A DNA stretch of 64,000 bases, from assembly GCF_009914755.1 (NCBI RefSeq), contig NC_060928.1, one strand, 5' to 3'. Origin of the DNA: the human T2T-CHM13v2.0 reference genome, Homo sapiens. This document shows positions 1 through 17,447 of the stretch, piece after piece; positions within the stretch are counted from its first letter, which is position 1, and each line of letters starts with the position of its first letter. The notes beneath the pieces are model-generated. The model saw nothing but the letters and a program-made list of their open reading frames with translations. It had not been told where the DNA came from and did not search any database. The position numbers were made by a program, and so were the translations under genes.

Positions 1-1029
1 ATTTGACTTGAATTTAATGTAATTTTATTCTATATTTGTGAATACTCATAAATTTATTTGAAGAAACATGAATATGTTTGATACAGGGGTGATTTCCTAG
101 ACTCTAAAAGTTGTATTATATAACATATGGTACACATACATATTACTTCTATTTCTGAAATTCAAAAAAATCTGAATTACAAATTATATCTACACCTAAT
201 GTTTTAGGATGAGGTTTTCTGGATCTACATATATATTGTTACATACAATTTTTAAGCTTCATTTACTGAGTTTCTTTTTAAAGGGGATATAATGCAGCTA
301 TAGTACCTAAGTGTTGCTTATGATGGTAGTATTGCTTCACTAAGTAGTAGAAAATATTTTGCAGTTTTAAGCAATGTTTGTATTTTGTAAAAATATGCTT
401 ACAAGAACTGAATGCCTAGTTTCTTTTTTATATCAAAAATTATAGTAGTTTTTTTATAGCGGTTAATAAGCTCTTAAAATGTAAAGACAAAATAAAAGAA
501 GCAATTCATCTCCAAACATGTTTAAAATTTTCACATATTTTCTTTTACTTTGTATAAATATTTTAAAACCTTTTTCTGTTTCATATTATTTTTGTTAGTG
601 TTTCTTCTGTTAATTGTTTTAAACATTATTTCTTTATTTTGTCTCTCTATTCTCTTGAAAAATGAAAGATTTTCTTCAGGTACCTGTTTCTCAATAACAT
701 TATTCTGAAATATTATGTATTGATTGATAGAGTATTACAAACAAAATTAATTGGGACATGTTCTATATCTGTTCTTTATAAAATTTGTGTTCCTTAAAAC
801 TCCTAATACTTCACTCTTGAATTATATATACTTACTTATCTGATCACAGTACAGGTGACCAAATAAACACAGGCCTGGCTCATCAGAAAACTTGAACCTT
901 CCCCAAGCAAGTCAGAGAACAGAAACGAATATATAACTTTTTTCTGAAAGATGACCTCATAGACAGAAGTGGGTCATGTCTATGTTCCATCCTCCATATA
1001 CTTTAACAATTTAAACCAGCCTCTTATCC

Positions 1030-1475
1030 AATTCAGATATGATAATCTATGTTGTCTCCTCTTGAATCTGGGATGGCTTGTGACTACAGTGTGGTCATTA
1101 TGGCTTTGAAAGCTAGGATAAAAAGCCTTATAGCTTCTACTTGGTTATATTTATAAATTTTCTCTGGGGAAATTCATATCCTCTGAGACTGCCATGCTGA
1201 AGAGGCCATGTATTTGTGCTCTAGTCAAGAGTGCTGGCAGAGTTTCTGGATAACAGAAGGCATTATCCTCCAGCCTTGTTTGCCAGCCATGATGGATGCC
1301 CATACTAAAGTTTTCAGATCATCGTAGCCCCAGCTGACACTTAACCGAATATTAGGCATCCCAAGAGAGAGCTCTCTAGCAGCGCCCTGCCCAAATTCCT
1401 GAACCACAGAAATTAAAAGCATAGAATGGTCATTCTTCTACACTAATAAATGGCTTGGTACTCAGTTACAGCAAT
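1030..1475 (+). mobile_element. Degenerate MaLR LTR, MLT1G/H-like
   Basis: MLT1-type motifs: CCTCTTGAATCTGGG..GGCTTGTGAC, CTGCCATGCTG.AGAGGCCA, CCCCAGCTGACA, CCTGCCCAAATTCCTGA.CCACAGAA. Boundaries approximate. Confidence 0.65.
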
Positions 1476-1649
1476 TTAAAATATGTATTTTAATTCTAAC
1501 AGTATTTATAATGACACAATCAATTATTAAAATTAATTAATCTCTGTTCAAGGAACTTCACAAAATATGCATGATGATGAAAATATATATGTATGGTGTG
1601 GTAAGACGTTTTTTAGGGCAACTCATTTTACAAGATTTATTTTTAAAAT

Positions 1650-1862
1650 GGCTAACATTTATTGAAGTTTTCTATTATCCCAGTAATTAGTCATTTCTTC
1701 ATTAATTTTACTATTCAATATTTTCAAGAAACATGAAGTAAGAATTATTTAATGATGCAGAAATAAATGTTTAGAGAATAAATAATATCTTTTCAGACAT
1801 AGCACACCTGGAAAATGAGAGATCTATCCAATCTAAAAGCCTTTCATTTTCAAACTGTGGTG
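1650..1862 (-). mobile_element. MIR SINE relic
   Basis: GCTAACATTTATTGA start (MIR 3' end, antisense) and degenerate core GCAGAAATAAATGTTTAGAGA..ACACCTGGAAAATG. Confidence 0.5.
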
Positions 1863-3271
1863 TATTCAGAAAAGAAAGTCGTATTTATGAAGTTTGCAAT
1901 GGATATACTATATTAGCTGTTTGACAAAATTATGTTTTAAGATCATGGCTTCCCCTTTCTTATTTTCTGCTGATACTTCTCATTAGAGTATATTTTTATA
2001 TATTCTGCAAGAGCATGCTTATTTTATGCTTGTTTATTTTGTACAAATGAATGGCTTTGAAATTGCTGAACAGGTGGCATTAGCCAATCATTTATGGTTT
2101 GGGATATTAAAGAGGTCCAGCTTTCAGACAGTGGGAGGTCTATACAAATGTTGCTTGTAGTAAGATTACTTCTTATTTATCTTTGTGGCATATTTAGAAA
2201 CTGAGGGTTATTTAAATAATTCATGTTCTGTAAAACATTGACAAATGTGTACCATAGCATGGCTCATAGATTCAAGGGTACATTTTAGGCCATTTTGCTG
2301 AATGAAATTTATATCTTATTTTGAATACACTTTTCCTAGTATATATAGTTTTGGAAAATAAATGGTAGGTATCTTGGTAGCATCAACATAATAAACATTT
2401 CAAACTATGTGCAAAATGTGAAAGAATACTAGGTATTATAGACACCTTAAAAGAACACTGGTAAGACAAATATTTCTATTTTATAGAGACATTTGTGTAT
2501 TTGTAAACCACATCAATATTATCTTTACTAACTACTTAAAAAAAAACCCTCAAAAGTGGGTTGTTTTGAAGTAAACCAAAGAACCAGTTTTGTTTTCAAG
2601 TAGATTGTGATTTTAAAATTTTTAATTATACTTGGAATCGAGAAAGCAAAGCAAAAATCAAAATTTTCATGCTGATGAGTTTTTTGAGAATAAATTCTTT
2701 CTAGACACAGTAGTAAATTGCAATAGGAAAGATATGTAATGCACATTCTAAAGAGATAAAACATTGCTATCAACTATTGCCTTATCTCCATTTTCTCAGG
2801 CACACCATAAAATTCCTAGAGGCTGATATTTGCTAAATCACAGGTCATCTTTGACTCTATTTCATCTACCCATCATTTCTTTTTGTGACAGCTCATTGAT
2901 TTCTCAATACTTCAAAAACCATTGATTTCTCAGTACTTCTTTCCATGGATCTCTTATTCCCATGGGAAATTTCTCATTCACATGGGAATATTCCAACACC
3001 ATGTAAGAGTAAGTGAAAATTTGCATCTATCTAATGCTTTCCATAGATATAAGACATACTTATTTATTTTTCTGGGAACATGATACTTCTATAGAATACT
3101 ATTATAGGAAGAGAACACACATTTCTACCTGCTTTTTAAATCTTACAAATGGGGATTTCTGTAACCCACCAGTAGGCCACCACTGTTCATTTACATTCAC
3201 AAAGAATTCTCTTCAATTCCAATCACCCAAATTCTGCATAGTCTTTTAACTATTATTGCCTAACCTCTTTT

Positions 3272-4293
3272 CTATACACCAGCAATGAACAATTGGGATT
3301 TTAAATTAAACACAAGATGTCATTTACAATAGTGTCACAAAATGAATATTTTAGGTATAAATATAATACATACAAAAACTATATGTGGAAAACTAGAACT
3401 GATACGAGAAATCCAAGAAAGTCTAAAAACATGGAATGTTATTCATGGTCATATAATGAAATACTTAATATTAAGGTATAATTTTTTCCATCTTAATTTA
3501 TGGATTAAACACAATACCAATGAAAATCCTGGAAAGTTATTTTGTAAATTTTGGAAGACTAATTTTAAAGTTACTTTCAAAGAAAAAAATACCCAAAGGA
3601 TCCAATGCAACAATAAAGAGGAAAAAAACTGGAGAAATGACACTATCAATATACAAAACATCAATTAAAATCAGCAAAATACTGTAACAGACTTCTTACC
3701 AAAGGAAATAGGCAGATTGTAATTAAACAAAAATGATGTTCATTATCACTTGTCATTGTAAAATTGCAAATTAAAACAACAATGAGACATCACCACACAC
3801 TACATAAAATGGTTATAATCCCCAAAACCTGACAATGCTAAATACTGGTAAGAATGTAGAGCAAAAGAAATTCTCATTCATTGCTTGTGAAAATGCAAAA
3901 TGATACACTTTGGAAGACAGTTTGTCAGTCCCTTACAAAGCTAAATATAGTTTTGTTATATGATCCTCCATTTGTTCTCCTAGATACTTACTTAATTGGT
4001 TAAAAAACTATTCAAACAGAAACTTATATGCTTACATTTATAACAGCTTATTCATAACGTCCAAACTGAAAGCAATCAAAATGTCCCTCAAATGCAAATG
4101 GAACTATAGACTGTGGTACATCTGCACAAAAGAATATTATTCTGCAATGACAAGAAATATACTAGAAAGCAATAAAAATATGAAGAAATATAAATGTATA
4201 ATGATCAGTTTGAAAGATGAACAACTGCATTGATATCAACTTTACAACATTATTGAAAGAGTGAAATAATTGAGGTGTTAAAAGTGTTAGTGA
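3272..4293 (+). mobile_element. Old LINE-1 (L1MC-like) ORF2 end and 3' UTR, left part
   Basis: L1 ORF2 3' motifs TATACACCAGCAATGAACAA, TGCAAATTAAAACAACAATGAGA, CTTTGGAAGACAGTTTG, CTGTGGTACATC. Interrupted at 4293 by the L1PA. Confidence 0.75.
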
Positions 4294-5322
4294 GTTCCAA
4301 GATGGCTGAATACAAACAGCTCTGGTCTGCAGCTCCCAGTGAGTTTGATGCAGAAGACAGGGGATTTCTGCATTTCCAACTGAGGTAACTGGTTCACCTC
4401 ACTGGGACTGTTTGAACAGTGGGTGCAGCCCATGGAGGGCAAGCTGAAGCAGGGTGGGGCATTGCCTCACCCGGGAAGTGCAAGGGTTCAGGGGATTTCC
4501 CTTTCCTAGCCAGGGGAAGCCATGACAGACTGTACCTGGAGAAACAGTACACTCCTGAGGAAATATTGTGCTTTTCCCATGGTCTTAGCAACCGGAAGAA
4601 CAGGAGATATCCTCCCATGCCTGGATTGGTGGGTCCCATGACCACAGGGCCTGGCTCACTGCTAACGCTGCAGTCTGAGATCAACCTGCGATGCTGCAGC
4701 TTGATGGGGGAGGGGTGTCCGCGGTTGCTGAGGCTTGAGTAGCTCACAGTGTAAACAAAGTGGCCGGAAAGCTCAAACTGGCTGGAGCCCACCACAGCTC
4801 AGCAAGGCCTACTGCCTCTCTAGATTCCACCTCTGGGGGCAGGCCGTAGCAGAACAAAAGGCAACAGACAGCTTCTGCAGAATTAAACGTCTCTGTCGGA
4901 CAGCTCTGAAGAGAGCAGTGGTTCTCTCAGCACGGTGTTTGAGCTCCGAGAATGAACAGACTGCTTCCTCAAGTGGGTCTCTGACCCCCATGTAGCCTGA
5001 CTGGGAGACACCTCCCAGCAGGGGCCGACAGACACCTCAAACAGGCAGATGCCCCTCTGGGACGAAGCTTCCAGAGGAAGGATCAGGCAGCAATATTTGC
5101 TGTTTTGCAGCCTCTGCTGGTGTTTTACAGCTTCTCCCAGGCAAACAGAATCTGGAGTGGACCTCCAGCAAACTCCAACAGACATGCATCTGAGAAGCCT
5201 ATTAGAAGGAAAACTAACAAACATAAAGGAATACATCAACCTCAACAAAAGGACATCCACACCAAAACCCCATCTGTAGGTCACCAACATCAAAGACCAA
5301 AAAGGTAGATAAAACCACAAAG
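4294..5322 (+). promoter_or_regulatory. L1 5' UTR (internal sense promoter and antisense promoter region), CpG-decayed
   Basis: YY1 site CAAGATGGC at 4298-4306; GC-richer UTR upstream of the ORF1 ATG. Activity cannot be shown from sequence. Confidence 0.75.
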
Positions 5323-6343
5323 ATGGGGAGAAACCAGAGCAGAAAAGCTGAAAATTCCAAAAACCGGAGCTCCTCTTCTCCTCCAAAGGATCGCAGCTCC
5401 TCACGAGCAAGGGAACAAAACTGGACAGAGAATGAGTTTGATGAGTTGACAGAAGAAGGTTTCAGAAAGTCAGTAATAACAAACTTCTCTGAGCTAAAGG
5501 AGCATGTTCTAACCCACCACAAGGAAGCAAAAACTTTGAAAAAAATGTTAGACAAATGGCTAACTAGAATAAACAGTGTAGAGAAGACCTAAAATGACCT
5601 GATGGAGCTGAAAACAACAGCATAAGAACTTTGTGATGCATGCACAAGCTTCAATAGCCAATTTGACCAAGTGGAAGAAAGGATATCAGTGATTGAAGAT
5701 GAAATTGATGAAAGAAAGCAGGAAGACAAGATTACAGAAAAAAGAATGAAAACAAAAGAACAAAGCCTCCAAGAAATAAGAGACTATGTGAAAAGACCAA
5801 ATATATGTTTCACTGGTGTATTGGAAAGTGATGGGGAGAATGGAACCAAGTTACAAAACACTCTTCAGGATATTATCAGAACTTCCTAACCTAGCTAGGC
5901 AGGCCAACATTCAAATTCAGGTAATACAGAGAATACCACAAAAATACTCCTTGAGAAGATCAGCCCCAAGACACATAATTGTCAGATTCACCAAGGTTGA
6001 AATGAAAGAAAAAATGTTAAGGGCAGCCAGAGAGAAAGGTCGGGTTACCCACAAAGGGAAGCCCATCAGACTAACAGTGGATCTCTCGGCAGAAACCCTA
6101 CAAGCCAGAAGAGAGTGGGGGCCAATAATCAACATTCTTAAAGAAAATAATTTTCAACCCAGAGTCTCATATCCTGCCAAACTAAGCTTCATAAGTGAAG
6201 GAGAAATAAAATCCTTTACAGACAAGCAAATACTGAAAGATTTTGTCACCACCAGACCTGCCTTACAAGAGCTCCTGAAGGAAGCACTAAAAATGGACAG
6301 GAACAGCCAGTACCAGCCACTGCAAAAACATGCCAAATTGTAA
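5323..6343 (+). pseudogene. L1 ORF1p (RNA-binding protein), disrupted
   Basis: Translates MGRNQSRKAENSKN..., ...PRHIIVRFTKVEMKEKMLRAAREKG..YPAKLSF... Nonsense TAA at 5590-5592 and a frameshift near 5880. Confidence 0.95.
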
Positions 6344-6406
6344 AGGCCACCGATGCTAGGAAGAAACTGCATCAACTAACGGGCAAAATAACCAACTAAT
6401 TTCATA

Positions 6407-10222
<3,816 letters not shown>

Positions 10223-10448
10223 ACAATGAGAACACATGGACACAGGGCAGGGAACATCACACACCAGGGCCTGTCAGGGGGTGCGGGTCTGGGGGAGGGA
10301 TAGTATTAAGAGAAATACCTAATGTAAATGACAAGTTGATGGGTGCAGTAAACTAACACGGCATATGTATGCCTATGTAACAAACCTGCATGTTGTGCAC
10401 ATATATCCAGGACTTAAAGTATAATAATAATTAAAAAATAACAAAAAC

Positions 10449-11015
10449 AGTGTTAGTGATCGATAGGGATTTGGGGCGAGGGATGAATAACTAAAATGCA
10501 GGTGCTTTGGAGGCAGCTAATTTATTATGTAGGATACTATAGTACTAGACACAAGACTTTATGGACTTCATCAATATCCAAAGAACTTCATAGCAGAAAG
10601 AATGAATTTAATGTGTGTATACAACCTGAGACAACAAAACTAGCTGTACTACAAAAGTTTAAAAAATCTCACTGGAGGTCATGGAAGAAGGGATAATGGC
10701 ATAAATAACTTTGGGAATGACAGTCGTCTGTCATGATAGATGTAAAAGAAACTGCACATAAGCATCATACTCTAGTTGATAAAGTAGTTAAAGAAGAATA
10801 GGTTAACAATTATCACAGTGCCATACATTTTTATTGTAATGAAATGATTAAGAAAAAGAATGGGGGATAGTGGGAGTCAGGTTTGTCACTGTGGGATTGG
10901 GAACTCATAGATAAACGAGGTGAGAAAAGAAAAATGACCCATGTAGTAATGAATTAAAATTGGAGACTTCAATATGAACTCATGTTTAGCTCTATAAAGA
11001 TATAGATGTGTGTGT
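10449..11015 (+). mobile_element. Old LINE-1 (L1MC3/4-like) 3' UTR, right part
   Basis: Resumes after the TSD: AACTGCACATAAGCA..ACTCTAGTTGATAAAG and GAGACTTCAATATGAACTCATGTTTAGC are typical of L1MC 3' ends. Confidence 0.65.
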
Positions 11016-12325
11016 GGATAATTATAAAATATTATGTTACATCATTATTGCAAAAAGTCAATAAATTTTCTATATAATCAAATTATATACATAACGTACA
11101 TGTATTAAGATGCAATAAATTCAAATAAATGAAACTTTTGAAAAATAATTTCTGTGAATGATTTATTTCAAGTTATTAAACCACTTGCAAATCCTTTTAT
11201 TTATGCATTTCAAGCCTGCCTACAAGTGACCTCTGTAGCTGTGAATGGAATATTCTGACATTGTATTTTGAACATAGTTAAGAAGAAATTGCCCCAGGAT
11301 TGTTAAAATATAAGAGCAGTAATGCTAACTTTGGGACTCAATGAATTAAATCACTGAGCAGGAGAATAGTCATTTGGTATGTTGGTATAAACTCTTTCAG
11401 GTTGTTGAAATGACTAGTGATATAAGAAAAAGGGAACTTATGATTTAACTTCCTCCCATCCTAACCAAACTTATCTTTTAATGCTAAGACACCAGTAACT
11501 AGAGGTTACTTCAATGAACAATAAAAAAGAAAACATGCCCATCCATCAGTATTTTGGTACAATGCAAACGTGTGGTATGATTATTTGTTGTTATGGCAGG
11601 GAAAAAAATGAAAGACCCAGCCAAATATTGTGTCCAAGTCAACATACTCACCCATTCTTGATCCCAGGCTGGAAATGTCATTTGGCCTAGTACACATGCT
11701 GGATATATACATTTTTTGAGTTGGCATGTTTTAAATATGTATTAGACATGGATGCTTACAATCAATTGATTCGAGATACACAAACACAAATACACACATC
11801 CTCAGATGTCCAAAAAATATTGTTGCGGTAGAGCCAAAAGTGAGGAAATAGGCACTTTATAGTAGCATCATCTGAAACCAAGTGATTATACTGAAAGAAT
11901 TTGCTTTGCTTTATAAAACCCTAACTTCATTCCTGGATGATGGTAGTTAGCATACTTCCAAAAAAACTATTCCAGTTTAACTTGAATAGGGAAACCAAAG
12001 AAACAGCAAGCAGAGTAAATCTTTGTCTTTAAAATACTCCATTTGTTTCTACATAATTTAGAGCAAAAATAACCAATACATGATTATTGTAAATATATTT
12101 TATGTGTTAATCAAATTTGAGAGACTTATAGAGCTAGTTCTTCTAGATAACATACTTAAGATTCCTCTTTAGTGAAGAGAAAAATTATTTTGGGGAAGGT
12201 TTTAAAAATTTAGTTTAGCGGGCATAAATAATTGTTGAATATCCTAAATTAACATGCTAACAAATATAGAAAAATAGGAAATTATTATAATGAATAAACA
12301 ACTTATAATTTTAAAATGGTACGTG

Positions 12326-12807
<482 letters not shown>

Positions 12808-13986
12808 TTATCACTAACATTATACCTTTTCCAAAATGTTATATGCTTACAAAATATGTTCGGATCAAAGACACTGCCTTACAAGTCACATTTTCTTTTC
12901 ATTTATTTTATTTTTTTTCACATGAGACAGCTCTAAATGTTTTACAAGAGTTAGTAATATACTTTTGCTTTCTCTAGTAAAGTTTTATTCATCTGTTTTC
13001 TTTTTGAATTTTCACTTATTTACTATCATAGATATAATACTAAGAAATATTCTGTGATGCAAAAGGATTCAGTCTTGAAGAGGTGCCAACTTTTCTTACT
13101 TGTTTTTAAAAATATGAACACAAACTTCCATGTTTAGAAAAACAGTTATCATATGGAATATAATTTAGAGTGAGAATCTGGCATTTTTATTATAAATATG
13201 TGATCTTTTTGTGTCAGTGAAATACTTATGTATTCTTTAAATTTTTTCATAACATCTTTCTGTAAAAATCTAAGTGAAATGTACTATAAAAAGAAATAGA
13301 AGTTATAATATTGTGTCATTTGGCAGTGTGGAGCTTACACCATTTAATTTAGATCAAGAGATTTACCACTAGCCTGAGAGGTTTTGAAATTGGCTTATTC
13401 ATCAGCTTTATTTTCTGTCAAATTGTAATCATTATCTTTTTTTTTTCTAATGGTAGTTCCCAAAGAGTATTGACTGTCTTAGCTATTAAGTATACAGAAA
13501 ATCTCCCACTCTCTTGCTGACTGGACCATTTTTAAAGAATATGGATTCCTTGGGAGACATAGCGTTTTCACACAGGACTTTATAAAATTTCTTTATGCAC
13601 TCTCTGTCTTTGAGATCTTTTCAGTTTGACATTTTATAGCCGGATGAGGACTTTGTCTATTTTTCTCATCTATGTAGTGTTATATACCGCATTTCAGGGT
13701 ACAGTGGTCTTCACTAAAAAGCAACGGGGATTGATGTTTACATTTCTAAAAAAGTACCTCTTACTAATGTATCAGGAATGTACTAAATAGGGTTTTTTTT
13801 TTTTGGAAATCATAAATAAAGTCATCTATAAAATATGGGAAGCCTATGTGGAAAAGAAACCAAGGATGAAAATTATAGCACAATTTTGATGCAGAAATGT
13901 TCTAGTTAGAATATGGTAGCTATTGATGACTGCTGAAAAGGCCCTTCCCTGGTTCTGAGTCCTATACACTCACTTGAACAGTTCCA

Positions 13987-14072
13987 GGCCAGGCATGGTG
14001 GCTCATGCCTATAATCCCAGCAGTTTGAGAGGCCAAGGTGGGTGGATCACGAGGTCAGGAGATCGAGACCAT
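13987..14072 (+). mobile_element. Alu left-arm 5' fragment (AluSc/Y-like), 3' part missing
   Basis: GGCCAGGCATGGTGGCTCA...GGATCACGAGGTCAGGAGATCGAGACCAT, then an abrupt switch to L1 sequence. Confidence 0.93.
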
Positions 14073-14180
14073 ATGGTATTTTACTGTCTGTTTCTGAGTT
14101 ATTTCACTTAGAATAATGGCCTCCAGTGCCATCCAGGTTGCTGCAAAGGAGTCATTTTATTATTTTTTGTGGCCGCATAA
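14065..14180 (-). mobile_element. LINE-1 3' fragment (L1PB/L1MA-like)
   Basis: TTCTGAGTTATTTCACTTAGAATAATGGCCTCCAG..CCATCCAGGTTGCTGCAAAGG is the antisense L1 ORF2 end. Confidence 0.85.
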
Positions 14181-14442
14181 TGTATCAGTCTGTTCTCACG
14201 CTGCTATTCAGAAATATCTGAGGCTGGGTAATTTATAAAGGAAAAAGATTTAATTTACTCACAGTTTTCCAGGGTTGGGGAGGCCTCAGGAAACTTACAA
14301 TTATGGCAGAAGGGGAAGCAAACATGTCCTTTTTCACATGGTGAAGTGCCGATCAAAAGGGGAAAAAGTCTCTTATAAAACCATCAGATCTTGTGAAAAC
14401 TCACTTGAGAACAACATAGAGGTAACTGCCCTCATGACTCCA
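14181..14442 (-). mobile_element. MaLR LTR (THE1D/MSTA-like), truncated
   Basis: TGTATCAGTCTGTTCTCACGCTGCTA..CTGGGTAATTTATAAAG..GAGGCCTCAGGAAACTTACAAT..AAAACCATCAGATCT; the far end of the LTR is absent. Confidence 0.9.
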
Positions 14443-14679
14443 TTGAATTTAGTTTTTTGATAATTTTTAAATTACTGTGAATTGTATCATATAATAGTCA
14501 AAATTAATTGCTTCCCATATATAGCTAGTTACATCAGCAAATTTCAAAGAAAAGGTGTTTTTACCCCACTGAAAATTACTTAAAAATATTTTTATTGTAT
14601 TCTGACTTTTTGTTGCCTTTGATATAAAGTTAGCCAATATTTGTACTGTTATTTCTTTAAAGGTAATTAAATTTTGTTT

Positions 14680-15410
14680 ATCTGGTTGCTTTTAGGATTT
14701 CACTTCTTTGTTTAGCTTCTTATGCTTGTTCTTAACCAAAAGACTGAGAAGTGATATTTTGCTTTTTAAGATGTGTGTGTGTGTGAGTTTGTGTATGTGT
14801 GCACACACGTGTGCATGTGTGAATTTATTTACGTTTTTAATCTGTGGGTTGATGCCTTTCATGAGTTTTGAAAAATTTGTGACTATTTCTCAAATATTTT
14901 TCTGCCTCATAGTATATATCCTTTGCTTCCAGGACTCCAACTGCATGTGCTTTAGATCATTTGAAATTGTCCAGCCATTCTCAAATAACGTTAAGGTTTT
15001 TTTTCTTTTTTCATCTCTTCTTTAGGTTGTATAATTTCTGTTATCCTTTTCTTCAAATGAGCTTAAACAATCCATATCTATTCCCCATTAAATGCAGTGA
15101 TGAATCCTTTATTTCAGATATTGTATTTTCTGTCCTAATTCATATTTAATTATGTGGTTATTTTATAATTAGTCTAAAATATAAAATCAGTTTTAACACA
15201 CTTTTTAACCTTGTTCCTGTACATGTACCAAGTTAATTATGAAGATTATTTTAAAGTTGTATCTGCCAATTCAGACATTATGGTCATATATGAGTTGGAT
15301 TGATCTTTTCCTTTTTTTCATTGTGAGGTATTTTTTAAACATTTATAAGGTTACTTATTTGCTTTTATTATTTTTTATGTCAGTTATTGTGTATTGAAGA
15401 ACAGTAGAAG
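14680..15410 (-). mobile_element. Ancient L1M/HAL1-like ORF1-region relic
   Basis: T-rich antisense motifs AATCTGTGGGTTGATGCCTTTCA..TTTTGAAAAATT..TCAAATATTTTTCTGCC..GGACTCCAA. Confidence 0.5.
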
Positions 15411-16339
15411 TTGAAATAGTTTTTATTTCTCCTCCTCCTTTTTTAAAAGTTGCTGAGGTAGGAGCTGATGGCTTCATTGCAAATCTTCATTTAACTTAGG
15501 CCTGGTTTGTGTTTTCTTTTTAGATTTTTTAATGCCATCAGGTTCAACTATTTCAATGGCAAAGTTAGAGCTCTGCTTTCTCTAGAGGTTGGAGGACTCA
15601 GGAGAGCTCCCTCTCTCTACCTGTCTTCTTTACAATTCAGTTACAGTTTAGTTACCTGTGTTTGATGCTTCTGGACAGCTCTTTCCTCTCCAGCCTAGCT
15701 CTTAGTTTGTGTGTCTTGGAAGATTGATTCTTTTTCTTTTGCTCTCCTTCCAGTCTTTGGGCAGCATCACCATTCTCTTTTGAAGGCTCCATGGGGTATA
15801 TTTTGTAGACTGATATGCCAAGGTGATCTAGGTAATCTTTCTTTGATCTCTTCTCTGGCCACCAGACTTCATTTTGTACCTTCCCTATGCTCTCTTGCGA
15901 GCAAATGAGAATTCTGTTACTCAGCTCCTGAGGATTCTAACCTGTCCAATCAGCCCAGGTAAGACTCTAAAGTTTAACTTATTTCCTCCTCTTAGGTTTA
16001 AATCCTCCTACTTATGTTATTTCTTTGTTTTTGTTTTTTTTCCACCTGGGCTGCTTTAAGGATTAAAGTAGCTTGGGTCCCTATTCTCCTAGGAAAAGTT
16101 TGTTTCACTGAGGAATTCAGCTCACTTAAGATTTTACTACTTCAGCAATTAAATAGATTTCTAAACATGATTTTGTTGCTCTTTTATATAATGTATATAA
16201 GTATATATATAATATATATAAACATTTTTAGTTTATTCAGAGACAGAATTTCAAGAGAATAGACTATTTGGTAAGGTATATTAACATTTGAATTTGACTT
16301 GTTCATACTCACAATGCAGTATTAGAAAAAAGAAAAATA

Positions 16340-16668
<329 letters not shown>

Positions 16669-16874
16669 TTACAATGGAATAATTCCTTCTGTTCATGATC
16701 ATTGAAAAATATGGCACAGTAAACATGTAAGATCTGGAATATTTTGATTCTCAACCAATGAGTTTTGTGTTAAACATCTAATGATAAATATAGCACCAAA
16801 TGCAAGGTTTTCCTACTCAAAAGTTATATAATAATTTTTATAATTGTTTTCTTATTTTATGTTTAATCTTTTGC

Positions 16875-17447
16875 TTTTTAACTTTTATTTTAAGTTCAGG
16901 ATTATATATGCCAGTTTGTTACATATGTAAACTTGGGTCACGGGGCTTTGTTGTACAGATTATTTCATCACCCAGGTATTAAGCTTGGTACACATTAGTT
17001 AGCTTCCCTGATCCTCTCCCTCCTCCTGCCTTCTACCCTCCAATAGGCCCCCGTGTGTGTTGTTCCCCTCTATGTGTCCATGTGTTCTCATCATTGAGCT
17101 CCAACTTATAAGTGAGAACATGTGGTATTTCATTTTCTGCTCCTGCGTTAGTTTGCAAAGGATAATGGCCTCCGACACTATCCATGTCCCTGCGAAGGAC
17201 ATGATCTTGTTATTTTTTATGGCTTCATAGTACTCGATGGTGTATATGTGCCATATTTTCTTTATCCAGTCTATCATTGATGAACTTTCAGATTGATTCC
17301 ATGTCTTTGCTATTGTGAACAGTGCTGCAATAAACCATGTGTACATATAGCATTATAATAGAATAATTTATATTCCTTTGCTTATATACCCAGTAATGAG
17401 ATTGCTGGGTCAAATAGCATTTCTGTTTTTAGATCTTTGAGAAAATG
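16875..17447 (-). mobile_element. 5'-truncated LINE-1 3' end (L1PA11-13-like)
   Basis: TTAACTTTTATTTTAAGTTCAGG..TTGTTGTACAGATTATTTCATCACCCAGGT; the minus ORF 16999-17346 encodes the ORF2 C-terminus (FIAALFTIAKTWNQ..WHIYTIEYY). Confidence 0.93.

Noticed and set aside
951-984. Interleaved inverted repeats ATGACC/GGTCAT and CATAGACA/TGTCTATG (pseudoknot-like)
   Set aside because: Stems of 6-8 bp are expected by chance in 64 kb, and there is no other support.
10277-10299. G-quadruplex motif
   Set aside because: Standard feature of the L1PA 3' UTR; not novel.
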